DNA of 64,000 nucleotides from Syntrophales bacterium (GCA_023229765.1 JALNYO010000001.1:66569-130568); one strand, 5' to 3'; shown: positions 43,305-54,792, numbered from the stretch's first letter. The notes: generated by a model not told the origin, from the sequence alone. Numbers and translations are program-made.

Positions 43305-45830
43305 ATGCTTGGTCTGGTTCTGAAAAAAATTTTCGGCAGCAAGAATGAAAGGGAGATAAAGCGGCTTTCGCTTATCCTGGATGAGGTAAACCGCCTCGAA
43401 CCGTCGATCAAGGCCTTGAGCGATGAGGAGCTGAAAGCCAAGACTCCCTATTTTAAACAAAAGCTGGAAAGCGGGACGGAGCTCGAAGACATTATGGTCG
43501 AGGCTTTTGCCGTCGCGCGCGAGGCTTCCTGGCGGACGCTCGGCATGCGGCCCTTTGATGTCCAGATTATCGGGGGCCTGACGCTGCACGAGGGGAAGAT
43601 TGCCGAGATGAAAACCGGCGAGGGAAAGACGCTGGCGGCGACTCTGCCCATTTACCTGAACGCCTTGACGGGCAAGGGGGTTCACCTGGTTACGGTCAAC
43701 GACTACCTTGCCCAGCGGGATGCGGCCTGGATGGGGCCGATCTACAACTTTCTGGGAATGAACGTGGGCGTAATCGTCCACGGAATGGACGACGCTGAGC
43801 GGCGCGCTGCTTATCATGCCGATATCACGTACGGAACAAACAATGAGTTCGGCTTCGACTATCTGCGCGACAACATGAAGTTCAACATCGAGGAATTTGT
43901 GCAGAGGGATTTTAACTACGCCATTGTTGACGAGGTGGACAGCATCCTGATCGATGAGGCGAGAACGCCGCTGATCATCTCCGGGCCCTCGGAGGAATCT
44001 ACCGATAAATATGCGCGGGTAAACGGGATAATCCCCAGCCTGCGCAAGGAAAAGGATTATGTCGTTGACGAAAAGAGCCGCACGGTCGTGCTCACGGAAG
44101 AGGGGGTGGCCAGCGTCGAGAAGAGTCTCAAGGTGGAGAATCTCTACGAACCCGGGAATATAGACCTGCTGCACCATGTCAACCAGGCGCTCCGCGCCCA
44201 CACCCTTTTCAAACGGGATGTTGATTATCTGGTAAAGGACGGAAAGGTTGTCATAGTCGATGAGTTCACCGGCCGGGTAATGCCGGGCAGGAGATACAGC
44301 GATGGACTCCATCAAGCGCTCGAGGCCAAGGAACATGTAACTATCGAGCAGGAAAACCAGACCATGGCGTCTATTACCTTTCAGAATTATTTCCGCATGT
44401 ATGAAAAATTGGCGGGCATGACCGGAACGGCGGACACCGAGGCGGAAGAGTTCAGCAAGATTTATAATCTGGAGGTTCTTGTCATCCCGACCAATATGCC
44501 GATGATCCGCGAGGATTTCTCCGATGTTATATACAAGACGGAAAAAGAGAAGTTTAATGCTGTTATAGAAGAAATAAAGAATCTGCATGAAGCAAAAAGG
44601 CCCGTTCTGGTCGGGACAATTTCCATTGAAAAATCGGAATTGCTCAGCAAGTACCTCACCCGTACCGGCATCAAGCACCATGTTCTCAACGCGAAGAACC
44701 ATGAGCGGGAGGCGGAAATCGTCGCTCAGGCCGGGCAGCCGGGGCAGGTAACCATCTCGACCAATATGGCGGGCAGAGGCACCGACATCAAGCTGGGCGA
44801 GGGAGTCGCCGACTTGGGCGGCCTTCACATCCTGGGGACGGAAAGACACGAAAGCCGCCGGATAGACAATCAGCTCCGGGGACGTTCCGGACGGCAGGGC
44901 GACATGGGTTCTTCGCGTTTCTATTTGTCTCTGGAGGATGATCTGCTCCGGATTTTCGGCGCCGAGAGGATCTCCGGCGTTATGGAGAGGATAGGGATGG
45001 AAGAGGGGGAGCCTATCGAACACAAGCTCATTTCCAGGGCGATCGAAAACGCCCAGAAACGTGTCGAGGGACAGAATTTTGATATCCGTAAGCATTTGCT
45101 GGAATATGATGACGTGATGAACCGACAGCGCCAGGTGATCTACGAGCAGCGCAAAAGGGTGCTCAAGGGCGGGACGCTCCGGGAAGACATCAAGCAGATG
45201 ATCCGGGAGATCGCCGATGAGATGGCCCCGGTTTACATCGATGAAAAGCGTCATCCGGAAGAGTGGAATCTGGGAGGATTCGACGACGAAATCTTCCACC
45301 GTTTCGGGCTGAAGCTTAATTTGGCGGAAACCGGCAGAGAAGCGGGGCCGGAGGCGCTGCAGGGGATGCTCGTTACGGCTCTCGAAGAACATCTGAAAAA
45401 AAAGGAGAACGATTTCGGTGAGTCCCTGATGGATTATCTGATGCGGGTGATCATGCTGCAGGCGATTGATTCCCAGTGGAAGGATCATCTGCTGGCGATG
45501 GACCACCTGAAAGAGGGGATAGGGCTCAGGGGCTACGGCCAGAAGGATCCGGTGCGGGAGTATCAGAAAGAGGGATACGACATGTTCATGGAGATGATCG
45601 GCCGGATCAAGTATGAAAGTGTCGAGAAGCTCTGCCTGGTGCAGGTCCGTCGCGAGGAAGAGGTAGAGCGGATTGAGGAAAAACAGCGCCGGACCTACAG
45701 GCTTTCCCGGGGCGAGGATGAAGCGCAGGCCGCCACTCCCATCAAAAGAAGCAAGCCGAAAATCGGGCGCAATGACCCGTGTCCATGTGGAAGCGGCAAA
45801 AAATACAAGAATTGCTGTGGCAGGGGCTGA
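43305..45830 (+). CDS. secA: Preprotein translocase ATPase SecA
   Basis: [21 protein letters not shown]..., [28 protein letters not shown] and a C-terminal zinc motif [14 protein letters not shown]. Confidence 0.97.
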   Translation: MLGLVLKKIFGSKNEREIKRLSLILDEVNRLEPSIKALSDEELKAKTPYFKQKLESGTELEDIMVEAFAVAREASWRTLGMRPFDVQIIGGLTLHEGKIAEMKTGEGKTLAATLPIYLNALTGKGVHLVTVNDYLAQRDAAWMGPIYNFLGMNVGVIVHGMDDAERRAAYHADITYGTNNEFGFDYLRDNMKFNIEEFVQRDFNYAIVDEVDSILIDEARTPLIISGPSEESTDKYARVNGIIPSLRKEKDYVVDEKSRTVVLTEEGVASVEKSLKVENLYEPGNIDLLHHVNQALRAHTLFKRDVDYLVKDGKVVIVDEFTGRVMPGRRYSDGLHQALEAKEHVTIEQENQTMASITFQNYFRMYEKLAGMTGTADTEAEEFSKIYNLEVLVIPTNMPMIREDFSDVIYKTEKEKFNAVIEEIKNLHEAKRPVLVGTISIEKSELLSKYLTRTGIKHHVLNAKNHEREAEIVAQAGQPGQVTISTNMAGRGTDIKLGEGVADLGGLHILGTERHESRRIDNQLRGRSGRQGDMGSSRFYLSLEDDLLRIFGAERISGVMERIGMEEGEPIEHKLISRAIENAQKRVEGQNFDIRKHLLEYDDVMNRQRQVIYEQRKRVLKGGTLREDIKQMIREIADEMAPVYIDEKRHPEEWNLGGFDDEIFHRFGLKLNLAETGREAGPEALQGMLVTALEEHLKKKENDFGESLMDYLMRVIMLQAIDSQWKDHLLAMDHLKEGIGLRGYGQKDPVREYQKEGYDMFMEMIGRIKYESVEKLCLVQVRREEEVERIEEKQRRTYRLSRGEDEAQAATPIKRSKPKIGRNDPCPCGSGKKYKNCCGRG

Positions 45831-45882
45831 AGAGGCTCTGGCGCCGGCAGCGTTACGGCAGATGGTTGGTGACGAGGTTGTT

Positions 45883-47079
45883 ATGAAAAAGGTGCAAGAA
45901 TGCAAGGTTCCGGGATTTCTTGCCAATGGAATCCCGGTTGGCATCAAGGAAAACGGCGAGCGGGATTTGTCGCTGATTTTTTCGCGGCAACCGGCAACGA
46001 CGTCCGCGGTTTTTACGACGAACTGTTTCAAGGCTGCCCCGGTGCAAGTCGATATGGAGAGAATCCGCTCCGGGAAGATTCAGGCGATCGTCATCAACAG
46101 CGGTGTCGCCAATGCCGCAACGGGCAAAGAGGGCATAGACGATGCGCTGGCCGTTTCCCGGGCTCTCGCCGCAGAACTTGCCATTGATGAAGAAAAGATT
46201 TTTGTTGCCTCCACCGGCGTCATTGGACGCCGCTTGCCCGTAGGGAAGATCGTGGGCGGAATTAAGGACTTGGTGGCCGGTCTTAATGAAAATGGCATTG
46301 CGGACGCGGAGGCGGGAATCATGACGACAGACCGGTTTCCCAAAATTGCCTTTCGCCGCGGCACGATAGGAGGGTGTGAGATTTCCCTCTGCGGGATAGC
46401 CAAAGGGGCCGGGATGATCCAGCCCAATATGGCGACGATGCTGGCCTTTGTCATGACCGATGCGGCAATAGAAAAGGACGCACTTGATGCCCTGTTTCAC
46501 CGCGCAGCAGCAGGCACTTTTAACGCTGTGACGGTTGACGGCTGTATGAGCACCAATGACACCGCCGTCATTATGGCCAATGGAGTGGCGGGCAACAGGC
46601 CCTTCAAAAAGGGGTTGCACTCGGCCGCGCTCTTCGGGGAGATGCTTGCGGATTTGATGCTGGAGCTTGCCAAAGGTTTGGTACGGGATGGCGAGGGCGC
46701 CACAAAGATGATTGAGATAAAAGTAACCGAGGCGCTTACGCAGAAAGATGCCGAGAAGGTCGCCTACGCCATTGCCAATTCCAATCTGGTGAAGACGGCA
46801 TTTTTTGGAGAGGACCCAAACTGGGGGCGGATTATCTCCGCGGCGGGAGCGGTTGGCGTAGATTTGCCCGTTGAGCAGGTGAAGTTGTTCCTGGAGGATG
46901 TCCCACTTTTTGCAGAAGGCACAGGAGTGTCAGGAAGGGAAGATGAAATAGCGGAAATCATGAAAAGGCCGGAAATAAAAATCGGTATCTCGCTGGGGAT
47001 GGGCAAAAAATCGTGGCGGGTTTGCACATCCGATCTTTCCTTCGACTACGTAAAAATCAACGCGCATTACCATACTTAA
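45883..47079 (+). CDS. argJ: Bifunctional ornithine acetyltransferase / N-acetylglutamate synthase ArgJ
   Basis: PGFLANGIPVGIK...KGAGMIQPNMATMLAFVMTDA (autocleavage ATML site). ATG 45883. The track ORF start at 45673 overlaps secA. Confidence 0.92.
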   Translation: MKKVQECKVPGFLANGIPVGIKENGERDLSLIFSRQPATTSAVFTTNCFKAAPVQVDMERIRSGKIQAIVINSGVANAATGKEGIDDALAVSRALAAELAIDEEKIFVASTGVIGRRLPVGKIVGGIKDLVAGLNENGIADAEAGIMTTDRFPKIAFRRGTIGGCEISLCGIAKGAGMIQPNMATMLAFVMTDAAIEKDALDALFHRAAAGTFNAVTVDGCMSTNDTAVIMANGVAGNRPFKKGLHSAALFGEMLADLMLELAKGLVRDGEGATKMIEIKVTEALTQKDAEKVAYAIANSNLVKTAFFGEDPNWGRIISAAGAVGVDLPVEQVKLFLEDVPLFAEGTGVSGREDEIAEIMKRPEIKIGISLGMGKKSWRVCTSDLSFDYVKINAHYHT

Positions 47080-47265
47080 CTGCAAGCGGTCATCTGTCAG
47101 ACGAAAGCCGACAGCTTATTTCACCTTGCTTATTTTTAATCTTTATGTTATCAGCCGCGCAAATTCGCACACCCCCGGATTGTCGGGCGTTGCCTTTATT
47201 AAAGTAAAGGTTCCCGCCAAGATGATGGTGGTGGAGGGAAAAAACAAATTGAGGAGGATTTTACA

Positions 47266-48108
47266 GTGGCGAGTATTTCAATGAAGTTGTTGCTTGAGGC
47301 GGGGGTTCATTTCGGTCATCAGACCAACAAATGGAATCCCAAAATGAAAACGTACATTTTCGGCGCGAGAAACGGGATCTACATCATTGATCTGCAGCAG
47401 ACGGTCGGGCTTTTTCAGACGGCGTACAAGTTTGTTGTGGAGACTGTTGCCGAAGGTGGGGAGCTGCTCTTTGTCGGCACCAAAAAGCAGGCGCAGGAAT
47501 CGATCCAGGATGAAGCCGCGAGGTGCGAGATGCCATGCGTCAATCAGCGCTGGCTGGGCGGCATGCTGACCAATTTTGTAACGATCAAAAAGAGCATTGA
47601 TCGTTTGAACGAACTTGATCAGATGTTCGAGGATGACAGCATCAAGGCTTTTCCAAAAAAGGAAATCCTCGGCATGCAAAAGGACAGGGATAAGCTGATC
47701 AAGGTTTTAGGCGGGATCAGGAAGCTGAAAAAATTGCCCAAATGCCTGTTTATTGTTGATCCCAAGCGGGAGGATATCGCCGTGACCGAGGCGAGAAAAC
47801 TGAAGATACCGATTGTGGCGATGGTCGATACCAACTGCGATCCTGATCTGATCGATTACATAATCCCCGGGAACGACGATGCGATAAGGGCGATTAAACT
47901 GTTTTCCGCCAAGATGGCCGATGCCGTCATAGAAGGCAAAAAACGTTTTGAGGAGCGGCTGCAGGCCCAAAGCGACAAGGAAAGGGTCGCGGCGGATGGA
48001 CCTATAGTCACTTACATAAAAGATGAGAACGATGTTCCTGAAACAGTGGAAAGCAAGGGTTTGGAGGCGCAGGAAAAGGGCGCCGGGGACCTGGAAGCCG
48101 CCCGGTAA
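47266..48108 (+). CDS. rpsB: 30S ribosomal protein S2
   Basis: [38 protein letters not shown]. Confidence 0.96.
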   Translation: MASISMKLLLEAGVHFGHQTNKWNPKMKTYIFGARNGIYIIDLQQTVGLFQTAYKFVVETVAEGGELLFVGTKKQAQESIQDEAARCEMPCVNQRWLGGMLTNFVTIKKSIDRLNELDQMFEDDSIKAFPKKEILGMQKDRDKLIKVLGGIRKLKKLPKCLFIVDPKREDIAVTEARKLKIPIVAMVDTNCDPDLIDYIIPGNDDAIRAIKLFSAKMADAVIEGKKRFEERLQAQSDKERVAADGPIVTYIKDENDVPETVESKGLEAQEKGAGDLEAAR

Positions 48109-48227
48109 ATAGTTAACGGTTGACGGTTAACAGTTGACGGTTAACCGCCGGCAAATATTGAGGTCTTCAATTCAATGCAAACCGGAACCCGGAAACCGTC
48201 AACCGGAAACCGTAAACCGTCAACCGT
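48108..48227. repeat. Inverted heptamer arrays (NACGGTT x5, ~35 nt spacer, NAACCGN x~7) in the rpsB-tsf spacer
   Basis: The left arm 48108-48142 reads AATAGTT AACGGTT GACGGTT AACAGTT GACGGTT. The right arm 48178-48227 reads ...GAAACCG TCAACCG GAAACCG TAAACCG TCAACCGT. This is the same family as 1209-1299 and 1668-1821. Confidence 0.85.
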
Positions 48228-48243
48228 AAGCAAGGAGGATAAA

Positions 48244-48843
48244 GTGGAAATAACATCAGCGATGGTGAAGGAACTCCGGGTAAAGACAGGCGCCGGGATG
48301 ATGGATTGCAAACAGGCGTTGACTGCGGAGAATGGAGATTTTGAAAAGGCCATTGATTTTCTTCGTAAAAAAGGGATGTCTGCCGCAACGAAGCGTTCTT
48401 CCAAGGCGGCGAAGGATGGAATGGTAGCCTCGTACATCCACATGGGGGGCAAGATAGGGGTTATGGTGGAACTTAACTGCGAGACAGACTTTGTCGCGAA
48501 GACCGATGACTTCCAAACCTTGGCGAGGGACATTGCAATGCACATCGCGGCTTCCAATCCCCGCTACATACGCTCGGAGGAGATACCCGCGGAGGCATTG
48601 GAACGGGAAAAGGATATTTACCGCAGCCAGCTTGCCGCAGAGAAAAAGCCCGAGAAAATGTGGGAAAAAATCATGGAGGGCAAACTGAAAAAGTACTATG
48701 AAGAGGTTTGCCTGCTCAATCAGAAGTTCATAAAGAATACCGATGTTTCGGTTGAAACCCTGGTCAACAACATGATTGCCAAGACCGGAGAAAATATTGT
48801 GATCCGAAGATTTTCAAGGTTCCAGTTAGGTGAAGAACTGTAA
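48244..48843 (+). CDS. tsf: Elongation factor Ts
   Basis: GTG 48244 lies 4 nt after AAGGAGGA and gives [26 protein letters not shown]. The track start at 48175 would translate the heptamer array. Confidence 0.93.
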   Translation: MEITSAMVKELRVKTGAGMMDCKQALTAENGDFEKAIDFLRKKGMSAATKRSSKAAKDGMVASYIHMGGKIGVMVELNCETDFVAKTDDFQTLARDIAMHIAASNPRYIRSEEIPAEALEREKDIYRSQLAAEKKPEKMWEKIMEGKLKKYYEEVCLLNQKFIKNTDVSVETLVNNMIAKTGENIVIRRFSRFQLGEEL

Positions 48844-48853
48844 TAGGAAGACT

Positions 48854-49570
48854 ATGGAACAGGCTGTTTACAAAAGGGTTTTGCTTAAACTGAGCGGCGA
48901 GACCTTCATGGGTAAGCTTTCCGCCGGCATAGACCCTGGTGTTGTTGACGCCCTGGCCGCTGAAATACGAGATGTTGTGGCCCTTGGCGTGCAGTTGGGC
49001 ATTGTCATTGGGGGCGGCAACATTTTTCGCGGCATGTCGGAAAGCGCCAAGGGGCTGGACAGAACCACGGCGGACTATATGGGGATGCTTGCCACCGTTA
49101 TCAACGGCCTCGCCCTGCAAAGCGCCCTCGAACATGCGGACGTCATTACCCGCGTGCAGACGGCCATTGAGATGAGGGCCGTCGCCGAACCGTTCATCCA
49201 GAGACGCGCCATGCGTCATCTCGAAAAGGGGCGGGTGGTCATTTTTGCCGCCGGGACCGGAAACCCCTATTTCACGACCGACACGGCGGCGGTGCTGCGG
49301 GCGGTGGAAATAAAGGCTGATATCATCATGAAGGCCACGAAGGTAGATGGCATTTATGACTGCGATCCGGTAAAAAACCCGGACGCGGTCATGTATAAGA
49401 AAATAAGCTATACCGATGTGTTGACAAAAGATCTTAAAGTAATGGATGCAACCGCCATCTCCCTTTGCCGGGCCAACAAATTGCCGCTGAATGTTTTCAA
49501 CCTGCAGAAACCAGGCAACATCAAAAAAGTGATCTGTGGTCAGACGGTGGGCACAATTGTCGGAGGTTAG
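48854..49570 (+). CDS. pyrH: UMP kinase
   Basis: [15 protein letters not shown]...GGGNIFRG...TTDTAA. Confidence 0.95.
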   Translation: MEQAVYKRVLLKLSGETFMGKLSAGIDPGVVDALAAEIRDVVALGVQLGIVIGGGNIFRGMSESAKGLDRTTADYMGMLATVINGLALQSALEHADVITRVQTAIEMRAVAEPFIQRRAMRHLEKGRVVIFAAGTGNPYFTTDTAAVLRAVEIKADIIMKATKVDGIYDCDPVKNPDAVMYKKISYTDVLTKDLKVMDATAISLCRANKLPLNVFNLQKPGNIKKVICGQTVGTIVGG

Positions 49571-49574
49571 GGCT

Positions 49575-50132
49575 ATGAAAGAAGAAATTTTTGGGGAACT
49601 TCACGAAAATATGGGCAAGATGATCCAGTCTTTGGAGAAGTCCTTCAGCAAGGTAAGGACGGGCAGGGCGTCATTGTCGCTGCTGGATGGAATTCGCGTT
49701 GAATACTACGGCACGGTGACGCCTCTTAATCAGTTGGCTTCTCTTTCCACGCCGGAAAGCCGGATGATCCTTATTTCTCCCTGGGACAGTTCCGTTCTGG
49801 GAGCCATAGAAAAGGCGATTCAAAAATCGGATTTGGGGCTGATGCCGAGCAATGACGGCAAGCTTATCCGTCTGGCGATTCCTGTCCTGACCGAGGAGAG
49901 ACGCAAGGAGCTGGTCAAGGTTGTCCGCAAGGCGGCAGAGGAGTGCAAGATCAAGCAGCGCAACTTGCGGCGGGATGCCAATGAGGAGATTAAAAAGCTG
50001 AAAAAAGACAGCGCCATCTCAGAAGACGAGCAATTTGCCATCCAGGAGGAAGTGCAGAAGATTACCGATGGCTACATAGCGCAAACAGACAAGCTCCTGG
50101 CCGTAAAAGAAAAAGAGATCATGGAGATATAG
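49575..50132 (+). CDS. frr: Ribosome recycling factor
   Basis: FSKVRTGRASLSLLDGIRVEYYG...IPVLTEERRKELVK. Confidence 0.95.
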   Translation: MKEEIFGELHENMGKMIQSLEKSFSKVRTGRASLSLLDGIRVEYYGTVTPLNQLASLSTPESRMILISPWDSSVLGAIEKAIQKSDLGLMPSNDGKLIRLAIPVLTEERRKELVKVVRKAAEECKIKQRNLRRDANEEIKKLKKDSAISEDEQFAIQEEVQKITDGYIAQTDKLLAVKEKEIMEI

Positions 50133-50158
50133 GCTGATTCTTCAGTAAAACCTTTACT

Positions 50159-50187
50159 GGGGAGCCTGCCGGCTCCCCGTTTTATTT
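50159..50187 (+). terminator. Rho-independent terminator after frr
   Basis: GGGGAGCC-tgcc-GGCTCCCC (8 bp perfect) followed by GTTTTATTT. Confidence 0.8.
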
Positions 50188-50258
50188 GGCGACATATAGA
50201 CAAACAGGGTTGAATTAAAAAGTTCAATTCTGTTTTGACAATTAGCATCAGGTGGATA

Positions 50259-50996
50259 ATGAGCAGTATTGATTCGGGGAAGCTGCCGCAGCATATCGCG
50301 ATTATCATGGACGGAAATGGTCGCTGGGCGAAAAGCCACGCGCTGGGAAGGGTTCTGGGGCACCGAAAAGGGGCCGAGTCCGTCCGTGTCGCGGTGAAGA
50401 CCTGCCGCCGGATTGGGATCAAATTCCTGACGCTGTACGCATTTTCCATGGAAAACTGGTTTCGTCCGCAAGAGGAGGTTAGTGCCCTGATGAAGCTCCT
50501 TGAGGAGTATCTGGAGGGCGAAGCCGAGGAGATGATGGAGCAGGATATTCGTCTCATGGCGATTGGCCGCATCGATTCCCTCGATAAAGGGGTTCTCGAA
50601 AAACTCCGGGAGACAATGGAGAAAACCGCCGGAAACGGCGGGATGGTCCTTAATCTGGCGTTGAGTTACGGCGGCCGTGAAGAAATTGCAATGGCGGCAA
50701 GAAGAATGCTTAATGAAGGTCTGGCGGGGAAGTTCAGGCCGGAGGAGGTAACCGAGCAGCTCTTCCAACGTTATCTCTATACAAGTGAGCTTCCTGATCC
50801 TGACCTGCTGATTCGCACCGGGGGAGAGCATCGCATCAGCAACTTTCTGCTGTTTCAGGCGGCATACACGGAGTTCTATTTTTCCAATGTTCTGTGGCCC
50901 GATTTTCGCGAGCCGGAACTGCTGGAGGCCATTGCCGAATTCCAGAAAAGGGAACGGCGTTTTGGCCGTATAAGCGAGCAGTTAGAGAAACGGTGA
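50259..50996 (+). CDS. uppS: Isoprenyl transferase / undecaprenyl-diphosphate synthase
   Basis: LPQHIAIIMDGNGRWA...LTLYAFSMENW...IRTGGEHRISNFLL. Confidence 0.94.
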   Translation: MSSIDSGKLPQHIAIIMDGNGRWAKSHALGRVLGHRKGAESVRVAVKTCRRIGIKFLTLYAFSMENWFRPQEEVSALMKLLEEYLEGEAEEMMEQDIRLMAIGRIDSLDKGVLEKLRETMEKTAGNGGMVLNLALSYGGREEIAMAARRMLNEGLAGKFRPEEVTEQLFQRYLYTSELPDPDLLIRTGGEHRISNFLLFQAAYTEFYFSNVLWPDFREPELLEAIAEFQKRERRFGRISEQLEKR

Positions 50997-51844
50997 TGGC
51001 GGAAAAACTGCCGCTGATAACCGATAAAAAGGGAAATATGTTGTCACACGCCAAAAGATGGATAACCGCCCTGATTGCCGTTCCGGTTCTGTTCTGGACG
51101 ATTGCCTGGGGCGGGATGACTGCCTTTGCCGTTTTAATTATAGCCGCCGCGCTTGCGGGGATGTTTGAATACAACCGGATGGCTTTCAGTCGCGGGTTTT
51201 CTGTCGAAAAGATCGTTACAACCGCCTGTGCCCTGTTATTTCCGCTGGCAGCCTGGGGGGGGGACAGGGAACTGCTTTTGGCTCTTGCCGCCCTTTCGGT
51301 CATAGCTGTGTTTGTTTTAAACCTGCTTCAGACTAAAAAGGGCAGGCTGGAGATGAATTGCCCCGCCCGCGCCGTTCTGGGAATAATGTACATTCCCCTG
51401 TTGCTTTCGCACTTGCTTTTGATCCGCGCGCTGCCTGCCGGCGAATTATGGGTTTTTTATGTCCTCGTTGTTGCCTTTGCCGGTGACGTTGCCGCCTATT
51501 ATGTCGGGCGATCGCTCGGAAAACGAAAGCTCCTTATCGAGGTTAGCCCCGGCAAGACCGTTGCCGGTACCGTTGGCCTGATTGTCGGCAGCACTATCGG
51601 CAGCATTGTTTTTATGAAATATTTTTTCCCCTCTCTGTCGCTCTGGCATGCGGTCTTTCTTGGTTTGACCGGTGGAGTGATCGGCCAACTGGGGGATCTT
51701 ACCGAATCAGCCTTGAAACGCGAGGCCGGGATCAAGGATTCGAGCGCCCTGCTTCCCGGGCACGGAGGGATTCTCGATCGTCTGGATTGCCTGCTGTTCA
51801 TTGCCCCGTTCGTATTTTATTACAAGGAGTTCATTATAAAGTGA
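50996..51844 (+). CDS. cdsA: Phosphatidate cytidylyltransferase
   Basis: ATG overlaps the uppS TGA. It is a multi-TM protein with C-terminal GDLTESALKREAGIKDSSALLPGHGGILDRLD. Confidence 0.92.
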   Translation: MAEKLPLITDKKGNMLSHAKRWITALIAVPVLFWTIAWGGMTAFAVLIIAAALAGMFEYNRMAFSRGFSVEKIVTTACALLFPLAAWGGDRELLLALAALSVIAVFVLNLLQTKKGRLEMNCPARAVLGIMYIPLLLSHLLLIRALPAGELWVFYVLVVAFAGDVAAYYVGRSLGKRKLLIEVSPGKTVAGTVGLIVGSTIGSIVFMKYFFPSLSLWHAVFLGLTGGVIGQLGDLTESALKREAGIKDSSALLPGHGGILDRLDCLLFIAPFVFYYKEFIIK

Positions 51845-53001
51845 AGAATATTTCGCTTCTCGGCGCTACGGGCTCGATCGGGGTGAGCACGCTGGATGTG
51901 GTCGCTTCCCATCCGGCGGAGTTTGCAGTTTCGGCCTTGGCGGGGGGGCGCAATATCAATTTGCTGAAGGAGCAGATCGAACGCTTCCGGCCGCGGTTGG
52001 CGGTAGTTATTGACGAAGAACATGCGGTGGAATTAAAAAACATTTTAAATAATTCCCGCACTGCCATTTTATCAGGGGTGGAAGGCTACCGTGAGGCAGC
52101 GTCTTTTTCGGAGGCAGATATCGTTGTCTCCGCGATTGTCGGCGCTGCCGGTCTAATCCCCACGCTGGACGCAATTGACGCCGGTAAGGATGTCGCTTTG
52201 GCCAACAAGGAAACGCTGGTTATGGCGGGGGGGCTTGTACTGGGCAAGGCTGCTGTCAAGGGGGTCAGAATTATCCCGGTTGACAGCGAACACAGCGCCA
52301 TTTTTCAGTGTCTGCAGGGAAACGATCCCCGCTCGGTGCGGCGGATAATCCTGACGGCGTCGGGGGGGCCATTCCTCCACGCAACCCGGAAAGAGCTGGA
52401 AGCCGTCACCCCATGGCAGGCGCTGAAGCATCCCAACTGGAAGATGGGGAGGAAGATCTCCATCGATTCGGCGACGATGATGAACAAGGGGCTCGAGGTC
52501 ATCGAGGCAAGCTGGCTCTTCGGGCTTGCGGCAACGAAAATCGACGTGCTGGTTCACCCGCAAAGCATCGTCCATTCGCTGGTTGAATATTGCGATGGAA
52601 GCGTGATTGCCCAGTTGGGGATTCCGGATATGAGGATCCCGATTGCGTACGCCCTGTCCTATCCGCAGCGTCTGAACCGGTACGGAGGCCGTCTTGACCT
52701 TGCCGCGGCCGGCGGGCTCACCTTTTTAAAGCCCGATTTCGAGCGATTCCCGGCGCTTGGGCTTTCTTTCCGGGCGGCAGAAGCCGGAGGGACGCTGCCG
52801 GCCGTTCTCAACGCGGCCAATGAGATTGCGGTAACGGCTTTTCTGGAAGAGCAGGTCGGCTTTTATGGTATAAGTCGTGTTGTGGAAATGGTTCTTGCCA
52901 GGCATGAGCGGAAGGAGGAACCGTCCTTGGCGGAGATTCTGGAAGCTGACCGGTGGGCCAGAGTTGAGGCCTTAAATATTATTAAAGGAATGACAAAGTG
53001 A
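51841..53001 (+). CDS. dxr: 1-deoxy-D-xylulose 5-phosphate reductoisomerase
   Basis: GTG 51841 gives VKNISLLGATGSIGVSTLDVV. ...LANKETLV and ...DSEHSAIFQCL also match. Confidence 0.94.
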   Translation: MKNISLLGATGSIGVSTLDVVASHPAEFAVSALAGGRNINLLKEQIERFRPRLAVVIDEEHAVELKNILNNSRTAILSGVEGYREAASFSEADIVVSAIVGAAGLIPTLDAIDAGKDVALANKETLVMAGGLVLGKAAVKGVRIIPVDSEHSAIFQCLQGNDPRSVRRIILTASGGPFLHATRKELEAVTPWQALKHPNWKMGRKISIDSATMMNKGLEVIEASWLFGLAATKIDVLVHPQSIVHSLVEYCDGSVIAQLGIPDMRIPIAYALSYPQRLNRYGGRLDLAAAGGLTFLKPDFERFPALGLSFRAAEAGGTLPAVLNAANEIAVTAFLEEQVGFYGISRVVEMVLARHERKEEPSLAEILEADRWARVEALNIIKGMTK

Positions 53002-54098
53002 TTGGAACAAGTATTGTATCGGTAGTAGTTCTGTTGGGTGCGCTGATCTTCATCCACGAATTTGGCCACTTTTTAGTTGCAAAATGGTCGGGGGTTGGGG
53101 TGTTGAAATTTTCCCTGGGCTTTGGCCCTCGCCTGATCGGCAGGAAAGTTGGGGAGACCGAATATATGCTCTCCCTTATTCCGCTCGGCGGCTATGTAAA
53201 ACTTCTCGGGGAGGAGCAGGGCGAGGAATTGTCGCCCGAGGAAGAAAAAAGATCCTTTGCAGTGCAGAAAGTCTGGAAGCGAATTGCTATTGTGGCGGCG
53301 GGGCCGATTTTCAACCTGCTTCTGGCCGTTTTGATCTTCACCGTCGTCAACATATATGGCATGCCGGCGCTGACGTCGGAAGTGGGGACCATCCAGCCTG
53401 ATTCCGCCGCATTTGAAGCAGGGATGCAGGTAGGCGATAAGATAACCGCAATTGATCAGAGGGCTGTGAAAAAATGGGATGATATTGCTGTCATTGTTAC
53501 CAAAAGCAACGGGAAGACCCTGCTTGTGGCCGTCCAGAGAGGCTCAGCCCTGCTGAAGATTCCCATTACTCCGAAACGGATGAAGGCCAGCAATATCTTT
53601 GGGGAAGCAGTTGAATCCTACAAAATAGGGATATCGCCGGCAGCGAGCACCCAAATTGAGAGACTGAACCCAGCCCTGGCCTTTGTCGAAGGCCTGAAGC
53701 AGACTGGACGAATCAGCAAGCTGACTGTTTTGAGCATTGTCAAGATGTTTGAAGGGGTAGTTTCTCCCAAGACCATGGGCGGGCCGATCTTCATTGCGCA
53801 GATTGCCGGAGCTCAGGCAAAACAGGGGGTTGCCGCATTTCTGCTTTTTATGGCCCTGCTGAGCATCAATCTGGGGATATTGAATCTGCTGCCGATTCCG
53901 GTGCTGGATGGAGGTCATCTCTTTTTTATGACAATCGAACTTATAACCGGCAAAGAGGTAAAGCAGCGCTGGCGGGAAATGGCCCAGCAGGTCGGTTTTA
54001 CGCTGCTTATTCTGCTGATGATTTTTGTCTTTCTGATGGATATAGAGAGGCTTGACATCAGATTCATAAGCGATTTCATCAGAAAAATTACCGGTTAA
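52998..54098 (+). CDS. rseP: RIP zinc metalloprotease RseP
   Basis: HEFGHFLVAKW (HExxH), a PDZ region and NLLPIPVLDGGH. Confidence 0.93.
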   Translation: MIGTSIVSVVVLLGALIFIHEFGHFLVAKWSGVGVLKFSLGFGPRLIGRKVGETEYMLSLIPLGGYVKLLGEEQGEELSPEEEKRSFAVQKVWKRIAIVAAGPIFNLLLAVLIFTVVNIYGMPALTSEVGTIQPDSAAFEAGMQVGDKITAIDQRAVKKWDDIAVIVTKSNGKTLLVAVQRGSALLKIPITPKRMKASNIFGEAVESYKIGISPAASTQIERLNPALAFVEGLKQTGRISKLTVLSIVKMFEGVVSPKTMGGPIFIAQIAGAQAKQGVAAFLLFMALLSINLGILNLLPIPVLDGGHLFFMTIELITGKEVKQRWREMAQQVGFTLLILLMIFVFLMDIERLDIRFISDFIRKITG

Positions 54099-54099
54099 G

Positions 54100-54792
54100 A
54101 TGATTACTCTGGCAATCGAGTGCGCGACAAAAGCGGCAAGCGCGGCCCTCTTGGCGGATGAAGAGGTGACAGGCGAGGTATATCTGGATGCAAGGAGTCA
54201 TCATTCCGAGGTTGTGCTTCCGGCCTTAGAGAGCCTTTTGGCGCTAGCAGGGTTGACAATCAAAAATGTCGATCTTTTCGCCTGCACCACAGGGCCGGGT
54301 TCCTTTACCGGCGTGCGCATCGGGATCGCCACTGTCAAGGGGCTGGCTCTTGCCACCGGACGACCGATAGTTGGCGTTTCCACCCTCGAAGCGCTGGCCA
54401 TGAACATCAACTTTTCTAAACGACTGATATGCCCCTTGCTGGATGCCCGGAAAAACCAGGTTTATGCCGGTCTTTACCGCATCGGCGAGGACGGGTTGCT
54501 CCAATCCGTAGTTGCCGATTACCTCGGCGATCTGGAAACAGTTCTGAAGAATCTGCCCCGGGAAGATATAGATTTTATTGGCGAGGGGGCCCTCCGGTAT
54601 CGGGACAATATCCGCGCAGAGTTCCCCGCGGCAAACATCAGCAAGTTTGCGAAGATTAACAACCCCAATGCCGCGTCATTGGGGATTGCCGCAATTGGCC
54701 GCTATAAGCGCGATGGCGTGGTGGAGGATGCGCTGTCGCTGCTGCCGACTTATCTGCGCTTATCCGAAGCTGAACAAAAAAAAGGCCTCTGA
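54100..54792 (+). CDS. tsaB: tRNA t6A37 biosynthesis protein TsaB
   Basis: LAIECATKAASAALL...TGPGSFTGVRIGIATVKGLALA. Confidence 0.9.
   Translation: MITLAIECATKAASAALLADEEVTGEVYLDARSHHSEVVLPALESLLALAGLTIKNVDLFACTTGPGSFTGVRIGIATVKGLALATGRPIVGVSTLEALAMNINFSKRLICPLLDARKNQVYAGLYRIGEDGLLQSVVADYLGDLETVLKNLPREDIDFIGEGALRYRDNIRAEFPAANISKFAKINNPNAASLGIAAIGRYKRDGVVEDALSLLPTYLRLSEAEQKKGL

Noticed and set aside
43254-46031. 925-aa minus-strand ORF
   Set aside because: It is an antisense shadow of secA and argJ. It has no motifs and is rich in L/R/P/G, as expected from reverse-reading a GC-biased coding frame.
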